DNA of 64,000 nucleotides, taken from the IMG/VR virus record IMGVR_UViG_3300037502_002220, positions 32,001-96,000 of that record; one strand, 5' to 3'. Source of the DNA: a virus. Numbering within the stretch: the stretch's first letter is position 1; every line of letters begins with the position of its first letter. Below the pieces are notes generated by a model. The model saw only the letters and a list, made by a program, of their open reading frames with translations, had not been told where the DNA came from and ran no database searches. This document shows, piece by piece, positions 11,501-19,642 of this stretch. The position numbers and the translations under genes are program-made.

Positions 11501-14500
11501 GAAAGTACTTATCGGACCTAGGGTTAGTTATACAGAAGCTGAAAAAGAAAATCTAGCTGCTATCCATAAAGCTAATTTAATCAAAGAAGGATTTCCAGAA
11601 GATATTGCAGAAAAGCGTGCTGAAGAATGGGTATCTGTATTTGATAAATACGAAGAAGCAGATGGTGTAACATTTACAAATATGTTCTTCTATCGTGAAT
11701 ATAAGATTAGATTAGGTGAGTGGAATCAGAACATGGAAAATGCTTTTCAGATTGAGCTAGCTATCCTTAATCAGAATACATTAAACCCAGAAGTATTTCT
11801 TGCAGAAGGTGATCGTGTATTTGCTAATAGACCTACAGATTTACCAGTAATACGCATTAAAGCATTTGATTTAAGTAATGAAAATGCAGCTAGGGTATTT
11901 AACAAGTTAGAACCTTTTACTATGCTTAAGCCAGTGTACACTGGTCCTGTAGAACATCAAGGTGCTACAGTAAATGGTATACGTAAAACAGCATTTCATG
12001 TTATATTACCTAGTATGGTATTTGGTACTGATAAGATGCAGAGTATACATGATTACATGCTACGTAATAACGTAGATATGATATCGTTAGATAGTGCTAC
12101 TAAGAAAGCAGTACCTAGTAATGTAGAAGATATTAATGTAGAAATATATTCTACTAACGAAGACACGTTTACAATCTTAGATACTATGTATCTTAAAGAA
12201 CAAGTAAAGATGTCTAACGATGAAAAGGGTAGGATTAAAAACGCTACACAGTCTACTACAATAGTATTTACTAATATTTTTGAAGAAGATCCTAGAGGGT
12301 TTTCTAAACCAAAAGATTACACAGGTGAAAGACCTTGGAATGAACTTACTGATGAAGAGAAGTTAGCTCAGAGTAAAGTATTTACTAAACACACAAAGTA
12401 CAAAGAAGCACTTGATGCTGTTGTAACAATGCACATGGATCGTGTTAAAGAAGATCTAGGTGTAGTTGGTGATAACATTACAGACATTGAACTTGTTACA
12501 GAAATACTTAGAACTAACATTAACGTACCTTCAGTTAGAGATGCTTTAAATTATGTAACAGAAGCTAAGAGTTTAGACTTATTACCTAGCTTTAATAGGA
12601 TTGAACCAGCGTTACTTAGTATTGTAAGTAATGAAGCTGTTAGGATTAAACGTCCTGGTGAGATGCTAGCTCAATACTCTGTCTATGGTATGGATGAAGT
12701 TACAATATCTGGTGTTAAATCTAAGCGTCTTCAGAACTATAGAATTGAAGGTAATGTAATTAGACCAGCAGAGATTATTGTACCGCTACCTAAGAGTATG
12801 GCTGCTCAGTTAATGAAGAGGTTTAAAACTAATAACTTAGTAGAAGCTATACAAAGATATAACAGTAGAGATAAAAAAATTATTGTAAAAGGTTTGCGTA
12901 TTCCTAATCAGCAGTTATCGTTTAACGGTATCTACGAAATTAAAGAGTTTGCACTACCTACAATGCAAAACTATATTGTATTACCTAGTGAGATTGTACC
13001 AGTAAGTTCTTCTGACTTTGACATTGATAAGCAACAAGTGTACTGGCCTATACTTGATGATAGAGGTAACATGGTTCAAACAGATGAAGCTGGTGTATAT
13101 AATAGGTTACTTCAAGCTGAAATAGATCTGTTGTTAGATCCATCTAATTTTCACACGTTGATGGCACCAGTAAATGAAGCTTGGTTTAGTAAAGATCTAT
13201 TTAAAGACATATTAATAAAACGCGGTGAGTATACTGCAGAACAATTAAATAGTGACGAGAAGTTAGAAAATGCTGTAATCAAGTTTACGTTTAAGGAAAT
13301 TGGTAACATCGCTAGTCAAATACGTACTGCTATTAACATGACGCAATCTAAGCTTAACGTAGGTCTTATGGCTACTAACGCTAAGATGTATCCTGTAGGT
13401 CAAGCAGATTCTTGGAAAGCTAGTAGCGTAGTAGCTAATGAAGATGATATCCTTATAGCTAACTTGATACCTTTTGAAGGTGATAAGCAACACTTCTTTG
13501 CACTGTATGATTCTGATTACAGACATATTACAGAAATTATTAGTACGTTAATGACATCGCAGTTAGATGGCGTTAAGAACCCATATGCTGTAGCATTAAA
13601 CATTGTTAAGAATAGTATTGGACCAATGATGTTTATGGTTAGACGTGGTATGCCTATTAACTTAATAGCTAGGATTATTGCGTCACCTGTAGTAACGAGG
13701 TATAACACAGTTACTAACTTGTATAAATCTAACTCAGCTAAAGCTAGACGTATATACCCTAAGACTAAGGGGAAGAGTAACGTACTTAATTTTATGTACG
13801 ATTTTAGCGGTAAAAACGCAATAGAAAATTATTTAAACGAGTTTAAAAATAGAGATAGGATAGTAAGCTCTGCTACTGTTCTTAAAGCATTATCAGATAA
13901 AACATTAAAGACTGAAGATAGTCTTCAAGTACTTGCTGGTTATATGTACGTTGAAGAACTAGCTAAAGCTATGTTGGAGATATCTACTGCGATGACACCT
14001 GATACTAAGCCATTAGGTAACATGTCTATGGTAGATGTAATGTCTGAAAAATATAAAGACTTTGACAACAACTTTCGTCGTAGAGCAGCTATGATAGATA
14101 AAGATTTTAAAACTGGATTTTTAAAACCTTTCTACAATGCTCAAAAGTTGTATCAACTGTTTGGTAACTTATACTTTACTAGAAAAGATAAATTAGCTAA
14201 TTACTTAACGGTAGAGTTAGGTACACAAGTTAGTGCTGGTGCTATATCTGTAGATGATAGAGCTAGAGTTAAGAACACGTTTGTTAATGACTTTAAAGCG
14301 TATATGTTCTTTAAAAAACTTAACGAAAGTAAAGAATATAAAGGTAAGTACACATTTGATGCTATCATGACTAATAGTAATCTTGTAGATGAAATTGCAA
14401 GCATACGACAAGATGAAACGCACCCTATGAGTACTAACTACCTAATACAGAATTTAATTCCTATTACAGGTATAGCTACAGATCCAGATGGTACTACACC

Positions 14501-16169
14501 TTTGTATTTACTTAAGCTAAGAAGTAGGGGTGATAACGCGTTACATCTTTACGATCTGTATCAAAACTTTGAAGATCTTGTAGATTCTGTTGTAGGTACA
14601 GAGTATGAAGCAAGTATGCACGAACTTGTACGTAAACTTATTGCATATAACGTATACACTACTGGATTTGGATTCTCACCATTTACATTAGATGATGCAG
14701 TATCACCTAGGTTAGTTAATAAACTTTACAAAGAAATAGATTTCTATAACACTAAAATTACAGAAGAAGATGTTACACAGTTTGCTAACTTGTTTGTAGC
14801 TATGAACCCTAATGTGTTTAGGTTCACGATTAAACCTAAGAAAAATGAAACAAACTTTTTTAGAAATGTGAAGTATAAGTGGGACGGTACTTTTACAGCT
14901 AATGAAACAGACGTAACTATCTTAGGTAACTCGTACGCTAAACGTTATGATAGTAAAGTACCTAAGTACTTAACTATTCCTGTTCCACGTGGAACTCAAG
15001 CTCAAGTACAACCTACGCCTGTAACTGAACAACAGATTCCTGATGAACTTAAATGTTCTACACCTGGGTCAAAAGCAGAAGAAGGTATGTCTTTTGGATT
15101 TACACCAGGTAGTAACTGGGAGATAATCAAAGATTTTAAAGGACCTTCGCATGAATACGGTGGTATAGATATTATGGTTGAAGGTGGTACTATACGTATG
15201 TCTGATAAAGAAGGTGATGTTAAAGCACCAGATGGGGTAGTTATATCTAAAATTATGTCTAAGCTTAATCCTAAAAACTGGGGTGTTACTGATTATACAG
15301 ATAAAGGTAGTTTTGATGACGCATTTTTATCTGCGCGGAATGCTGAAGAAAAAGAATTTATGTATAAAAATAAAAGGTACACTACTGCGCAAAAAGGAGA
15401 AGATAGACCAGAGAGTTCTTTTAACTTAAGTAAGCCGCAAAGAGAAAGAATATACAATTCTGTGAGACCTGTAGGTTATCCTGCTGATGAAATGATACCT
15501 GCTGCTAAAAGATACATAACGGGAAGTAAGTTTTCAGATGCAGAAAGCGCTGAAGTAAGAACGGTTGAAGATGAAGATGCATGGGCATTTTTTATGGGAT
15601 TACCTCAGCAAAAAAATTCAGTAACTGAGTCAAAGTATAGACCTTCTAGCGCTAAAGATAAAAACACAAGATATTACACACTGAGAAATGCGTATCCAAA
15701 TTTTGATGAAACTGTTATTAATAACGCAGAAGCTGCTTTTACAGTTAACAAAAAATTAAACGCGGGTACTGTAAGAGGTGTTGAATCTTCATTTTTACCT
15801 TTAGAAAATGTAACTTTTTCTAAAGGTAAAGATGAGAGAGGAGATTATTATTCTATGTACGATGTGTATGATTTTAGCATTCCTTTTGAAGGAAAAATAG
15901 GAAAACCTTATGAAGTATATGACAGGGTTTATTATAAAGATTACGGAGATGGTGTTCGTAAACCTATGTATTATACCGACAATGAGCTTTTATCTTTAGA
16001 CGTAAATAAAAAGAATTTTGATACACTAGCGTTGCAAAAAGAATTATCTAACAGAGGTGTTACCTTTAAAAAGTCTGTAAAAAAAGATGGTTCTTTTGAT
16101 GGTATATTTGGAGAAGAAACTAAAGCTGCGTTGTTAGATTATCAGAATAAAAACAAACCTAAGAAATGA
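8568..16169 (+). CDS. Virion-packaged single-chain RNA polymerase (crAss-like, phi14:2 gp66 type) with N-terminal zincin-like domain and C-terminal appended module
   Basis: Catalytic SDFDIDK (DFDID at 13014-13028) preceded by RIPNQ; HEAFH plus EEVLADEF zincin motif; 2533 aa. Confidence 0.9.
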   Translation: MACQYVFQGKTYNKRSILNAIKDGDVVLGDIQTARENIRKILNMNDSEIELVRGLIDNDAVGAFTQDGRILLSDRFVQGEEYHEAFHRVFRTVFSDAQRKALFKEYRNREGFQESLDQKRKLYPNQSTEELIEEVLADEFMMYQLANGNYVVPKPIQNAFQRILNFIRKLLGLKDIAGVYEAIRAGNYKSVKPKFYKSTRLAKSKVKVGNLELDVFQKNEILDAVIAKFSTSFIEEVSDKDSFEDVDINRHLIDGIENVIDLLREDFTDPDKRDLATAIENDALNYRILEDDFTVETTINANSPIVEELTLRLDQLRIKTKEETLEPEELNDEEAVTNDHPFLKASWETNPEDNITLAMKIFATSIESSQLSDYYALPKPEPSGKVVMTLFKVLKNATHNWDVVKNLLENNVDTNPWIQTILDRLQNNLKLRTQFVRSFVKAHYDMYSGIWVKEELQVQPLEDETRFISLIREVKDYINILEDREGIVSPSLSDRNLSTKEKFRILTGIELSDEILKGTINTSKGLTTGEEIADNIIAVTRTNINEGVQYKDLFNNKVYRPTDKSEKPEDYSVLGNLRRLLNEYNKYRPSEQGVVLNHNRDRVWPWTMHTYQKQVESALNLVANLTPSELATIDSGITEGGLLPEEVNMQKRIAKLRELLPWFVDYKFNFYVDENGLTRTNSLILKRILEQGDTYSISIFSGMRLDDGTDAKDLLTPDMIPMYIRSMSGLEPKYISVKHGDRGAIFAGGFESKVKYTDNITAQDYLASLLLDEINLIRESSKYSVFKKMGDGNLKLFEFLNIDANELQKLVNDTTLTSNKLHKKYKESFDKHVEGIEADFKNLLKEVYANFDGKRFDDVFTKPGETKVPFYTTAEVFSMYNNDEEILIKEVVKNYLIHFYEDMRVFVGYAGEYPNMVNLFKRIQSLSSSGTPLVNDGELNSYIDNKNQQDAYAIITGNEVEMRTYGDRNLKQKGKIKEKVLIGPRVSYTEAEKENLAAIHKANLIKEGFPEDIAEKRAEEWVSVFDKYEEADGVTFTNMFFYREYKIRLGEWNQNMENAFQIELAILNQNTLNPEVFLAEGDRVFANRPTDLPVIRIKAFDLSNENAARVFNKLEPFTMLKPVYTGPVEHQGATVNGIRKTAFHVILPSMVFGTDKMQSIHDYMLRNNVDMISLDSATKKAVPSNVEDINVEIYSTNEDTFTILDTMYLKEQVKMSNDEKGRIKNATQSTTIVFTNIFEEDPRGFSKPKDYTGERPWNELTDEEKLAQSKVFTKHTKYKEALDAVVTMHMDRVKEDLGVVGDNITDIELVTEILRTNINVPSVRDALNYVTEAKSLDLLPSFNRIEPALLSIVSNEAVRIKRPGEMLAQYSVYGMDEVTISGVKSKRLQNYRIEGNVIRPAEIIVPLPKSMAAQLMKRFKTNNLVEAIQRYNSRDKKIIVKGLRIPNQQLSFNGIYEIKEFALPTMQNYIVLPSEIVPVSSSDFDIDKQQVYWPILDDRGNMVQTDEAGVYNRLLQAEIDLLLDPSNFHTLMAPVNEAWFSKDLFKDILIKRGEYTAEQLNSDEKLENAVIKFTFKEIGNIASQIRTAINMTQSKLNVGLMATNAKMYPVGQADSWKASSVVANEDDILIANLIPFEGDKQHFFALYDSDYRHITEIISTLMTSQLDGVKNPYAVALNIVKNSIGPMMFMVRRGMPINLIARIIASPVVTRYNTVTNLYKSNSAKARRIYPKTKGKSNVLNFMYDFSGKNAIENYLNEFKNRDRIVSSATVLKALSDKTLKTEDSLQVLAGYMYVEELAKAMLEISTAMTPDTKPLGNMSMVDVMSEKYKDFDNNFRRRAAMIDKDFKTGFLKPFYNAQKLYQLFGNLYFTRKDKLANYLTVELGTQVSAGAISVDDRARVKNTFVNDFKAYMFFKKLNESKEYKGKYTFDAIMTNSNLVDEIASIRQDETHPMSTNYLIQNLIPITGIATDPDGTTPLYLLKLRSRGDNALHLYDLYQNFEDLVDSVVGTEYEASMHELVRKLIAYNVYTTGFGFSPFTLDDAVSPRLVNKLYKEIDFYNTKITEEDVTQFANLFVAMNPNVFRFTIKPKKNETNFFRNVKYKWDGTFTANETDVTILGNSYAKRYDSKVPKYLTIPVPRGTQAQVQPTPVTEQQIPDELKCSTPGSKAEEGMSFGFTPGSNWEIIKDFKGPSHEYGGIDIMVEGGTIRMSDKEGDVKAPDGVVISKIMSKLNPKNWGVTDYTDKGSFDDAFLSARNAEEKEFMYKNKRYTTAQKGEDRPESSFNLSKPQRERIYNSVRPVGYPADEMIPAAKRYITGSKFSDAESAEVRTVEDEDAWAFFMGLPQQKNSVTESKYRPSSAKDKNTRYYTLRNAYPNFDETVINNAEAAFTVNKKLNAGTVRGVESSFLPLENVTFSKGKDERGDYYSMYDVYDFSIPFEGKIGKPYEVYDRVYYKDYGDGVRKPMYYTDNELLSLDVNKKNFDTLALQKELSNRGVTFKKSVKKDGSFDGIFGEETKAALLDYQNKNKPKK

Positions 16170-16351
16170 AACCTAAGCACATTGAAGTAGAAGGTGGTGA
16201 AATAGCTATACGTAATAAGAACGGTGATATAGCTATTATACCTAAGTATAAGAAACGTTGGTTGCAAAGTCAAATGCGAAAAGGGTGCCACTCTTGTATA
16301 GATGAATTTGTAAAAACACTACCTTCGTATAAAGATCTTAAAGATAAATAA
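16166..16351 (+). CDS. Small protein with IEVEGGE motif and CxxC
   Basis: 61 aa, ATGA-coupled to RNAP; the VEGG motif recurs in the RNAP tail. Confidence 0.6.
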   Translation: MKPKHIEVEGGEIAIRNKNGDIAIIPKYKKRWLQSQMRKGCHSCIDEFVKTLPSYKDLKDK

Positions 16352-16352
16352 C

Positions 16353-18746
16353 ATGGCTTGTCAAATTAAAAGAAAAGATAACGGTACTATAGATACTGTA
16401 CTAGCACCTAATGGTAAACCTAGTGTGTTATACAACTCACTTGTAAATGCTATTGCTAGCTCAGAAGTAACTAGGAACGTTATACAATCTGATCCTTATG
16501 TAAGTTCTGTAATGGATAGTGTATATGTAATGGATAACACTGCTGAAGAACTTGCACTAGCTGCTTGGAGTAAGGCGTACACTGTAGACTTTATAGATAG
16601 CTTTGGTAACTGGAAAGAAGATAAGCTACCTAATACAGATAGTAACGGTGAGCCTACTATAAACATGTTATTTCCAGAGATTGCAGATACTGGTGTTAAA
16701 CCTGGTGTATCTGAGCTGTTTGAATCTAATCCTGAGTTAGCTAATGTAGGCACACAAGAACAATACTCTGCATACCTAGACCAAGTGTTTCCAGATAGCA
16801 AGGTTAAAGACATCATGTATCATGGTAGTGATAAAACGTTTAATAAATTTTCAAAAGAATTTGCAAGAGCTGATAGACCTTATTTTTATTTTTCATTTGC
16901 TGAAGAAGCTAACATGTATAAAGAAGCAAGAGGAGGTTCTTATATTTACCCTGTTATTTTAAATGTTAAAAATTATGCTACAGGTTATACTCCTGATGAA
17001 TTAGAAATAGATACTGTTAATAATTTAATAAAACAAGGATATGATGCTGTTGCTGGTAGAGGTTGGACAACAAGAGAAGAAGTAGCAGTATTTGAACCAG
17101 AACAAATACACATATTAGGTACCCCACAAGACATAGAAGGGTTTAAAAGATTTGTATCTAAACCTACACAATCTGTTAGACTTTTTTCAAGTGAAGAGTA
17201 TTCTAAAAACACTCGTGCGTATGTAGAAGAAGTTGAAAGAGTTACCCGACTTATTGAAAATAAATTAAAGATTAAAGAAAAATCTTTTGTAGGTAAAACA
17301 ACTGACAAGTTTGTTGAAAAACAAGATTATTTAAACGATGTTTTAAAACAGCTATTAAATAACATAGGTTTACCTAATACTATAACTAGCTTAGAAGAAT
17401 TAAAAGCTGGGTTACAGGATGGTACAATCTTAAAATATATTCAGAAGGAATATGATTTTTACAAGCAAAAAACTATTAAGACAAAAGGAAATCTAAACAC
17501 ATTGAACTCTAACGTCAGAGTATTAAATAGATTTTTAAAATCTTTAGATATAAACGCATATTCTATAGAACAACAAGAGTTAATAAGAAAATCTTTTCCT
17601 GCACTGTTTGAAGATTTAGGTAGGTATAAATCTAAAGCGCAAGCACTGTCTTATTACAAGCAAGTTGTAAATACACCTAAGTTTTTAAATAAAGCTTTAA
17701 ACTTACAGTACGTTAAGACACAGTACTTTACTGCACAATCTAAGCTAAACAAATTTGAAAATTTATTGAACTATAACACATTGTCTCCAGAAGATTTTCA
17801 ATATAGAATATACAAAGTTGTTGAAAATGAGCTGGATAGGAGAAGTGAGTTTTTTGATTCTAATAAAATGCAAGCTGTTGTGTTAGCTGAAAAAGAAAAA
17901 ATAGCTAAGCAGACTTACGAAAAAAGTGTAAAAGGGTTATTAGAAAGATTTAGTAAAAATGAGAACACTGTTTCAGGTAAGATAGCTAAGGTATTTTTAG
18001 AACATCCTAATACATTAAACGCAATTAAAGCAGAAAACATAAACAAAACTATTTTTGGATTTGCAGGAGGAGAGTGGAAAGGAGACGGTACTTTAAATGT
18101 TAACTTTAAAGACGAACAATCTCTAAAGCACATATTGTTACATGAGTTAACACATCATTTTACAGTACCTTATGTTTTTACTTATTTAAAAAATCATTCT
18201 AACATAGATAAGTATGTAGGTTTTTCTGAAAGATTTCCTTCAGAAGAAGACTTAAAAGAAAGTATAGAATATTCTGTAAAAGAATTAACTCGACAGGAAG
18301 TAGATTCTATTTCTAAATTAGAAGATATTTACATTCATGTTTTAAATTTACATAAGCAAGGTAAGATACAATTTACTAACAGAGAGTTTTCTGCAAATCC
18401 TGAATATGGATTAGAAAATCTTTATGAGTTTATATCAGAGGTAATATCTAACCCGTATTTTGCTGCAGAGATAGCTAAGCAGCCTGGTTTGTTTAATAAA
18501 AAATCTAATCTTCTTAAAGATATTATTTATGCTATCTTTAAAATGTTTGGGATAAATAATAACAATTCTTTATTAGAAGATGTATATAACTTGTTTGAAG
18601 ATTCTTTTTTATATAAAGATGAAAAGTATAACTTTAAATCTTTAGTAGAATCGAAGTCAAGTTTTAAGTACAACTTACCTCAAGTTCAACAATCTATAAG
18701 TGATGAGTGGACTAACGTAAAAAATAACTGTCCTAAACTAATTTAA
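16353..18746 (+). CDS. Polyvalent protein: ADP-ribosyltransferase (ART-PolyVal-like) plus zincin metallopeptidase
   Basis: YHGS...FYFS...YPVILN...GYDAV...EVAVFEPEQI (H-Y-E ART signature); HELTH plus EFISE; N-terminal APNGKPS and DSNGEP motifs typical of polyvalent proteins. Confidence 0.75.
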   Translation: MACQIKRKDNGTIDTVLAPNGKPSVLYNSLVNAIASSEVTRNVIQSDPYVSSVMDSVYVMDNTAEELALAAWSKAYTVDFIDSFGNWKEDKLPNTDSNGEPTINMLFPEIADTGVKPGVSELFESNPELANVGTQEQYSAYLDQVFPDSKVKDIMYHGSDKTFNKFSKEFARADRPYFYFSFAEEANMYKEARGGSYIYPVILNVKNYATGYTPDELEIDTVNNLIKQGYDAVAGRGWTTREEVAVFEPEQIHILGTPQDIEGFKRFVSKPTQSVRLFSSEEYSKNTRAYVEEVERVTRLIENKLKIKEKSFVGKTTDKFVEKQDYLNDVLKQLLNNIGLPNTITSLEELKAGLQDGTILKYIQKEYDFYKQKTIKTKGNLNTLNSNVRVLNRFLKSLDINAYSIEQQELIRKSFPALFEDLGRYKSKAQALSYYKQVVNTPKFLNKALNLQYVKTQYFTAQSKLNKFENLLNYNTLSPEDFQYRIYKVVENELDRRSEFFDSNKMQAVVLAEKEKIAKQTYEKSVKGLLERFSKNENTVSGKIAKVFLEHPNTLNAIKAENINKTIFGFAGGEWKGDGTLNVNFKDEQSLKHILLHELTHHFTVPYVFTYLKNHSNIDKYVGFSERFPSEEDLKESIEYSVKELTRQEVDSISKLEDIYIHVLNLHKQGKIQFTNREFSANPEYGLENLYEFISEVISNPYFAAEIAKQPGLFNKKSNLLKDIIYAIFKMFGINNNNSLLEDVYNLFEDSFLYKDEKYNFKSLVESKSSFKYNLPQVQQSISDEWTNVKNNCPKLI

Positions 18747-18758
18747 AATTATACAACT

Positions 18759-19250
18759 ATGATGTTAGATAAAGAACTATTAGAACTGTTTAACTACAGG
18801 ATCAACCAGGAAGAAGCTAGTGCTAGGTTATATCTTAAAATGTCTATACACTTAAATGACGTAGGATATTTTAACGCCGCTAAGTTGTGGAAGAAGTTCT
18901 CAGAAGAAGAACGTGAGCACGCAGATATCGCACGTAAGTATTTACTTGCACTAGACATTGAACCAGAGACTAGAGATATTATTGTACCTAACAAAGAGTT
19001 TAACGGTCTAGATGGTGTTATTAACGCTACACTAGAACATGAGTATGAAGTTACACAGCAGTGTGAAGACTTAGCTAAAGCTTGTCTTAAACAACTGTGT
19101 TTTAAATCATTCTCTATTGCACAAGAATATATTAAAATACAAATACACGAGCTTGAGGAATACCACGACATGAAGAATAGATTAGATCTATTTGGTACAG
19201 ATCCTATTAGCTTACGTTTGTATGATAACGAACTCAAAGATATGTTATGA
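18759..19250 (+). CDS. Ferritin (FtnA-like)
   Basis: 163 aa; INQEEASARLYL...EEEREHA...LEHE...QIHE pattern of ferroxidase-centre residues. Confidence 0.85.
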   Translation: MMLDKELLELFNYRINQEEASARLYLKMSIHLNDVGYFNAAKLWKKFSEEEREHADIARKYLLALDIEPETRDIIVPNKEFNGLDGVINATLEHEYEVTQQCEDLAKACLKQLCFKSFSIAQEYIKIQIHELEEYHDMKNRLDLFGTDPISLRLYDNELKDML

Positions 19251-19642
19251 GCTGCGCACCCTTTAGTGATCCACTGATGAACGCATTATCATATCTATAT
19301 ACAAATAAAGCTATAGATAAGGATATGCGCATCAGAACTAAACGCATAGACTTCTACTTGAACATCCTTGATAAACAAGCTGGTGTCAAGCTATTTGATA
19401 TCATGGAAGATACACTAGTACCTATCCAAGAGAACTTTAATACTATGCGTGGTCTAGAGCAAGCTGATGAAGTAGCACCAATACCGTCTTATACAGATCG
19501 TATTGCAGAAGGTAGATCAGAAGCTAAGGAAGTGTGGAATAACTCTGATAAAAAACTACCTTCTGGTTTTGACGAAGATCAGCGCATGTACTTAGAAGAA
19601 TTATTTAATGAAGGTATATTAGAACTTAACTGTACGTTATGA
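19247..19642 (+). CDS. Small cargo-module protein with terminal cysteines
   Basis: 131 aa, ATGA-coupled on both sides; starts MSC, ends NCTL. Confidence 0.65.
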   Translation: MSCAPFSDPLMNALSYLYTNKAIDKDMRIRTKRIDFYLNILDKQAGVKLFDIMEDTLVPIQENFNTMRGLEQADEVAPIPSYTDRIAEGRSEAKEVWNNSDKKLPSGFDEDQRMYLEELFNEGILELNCTL

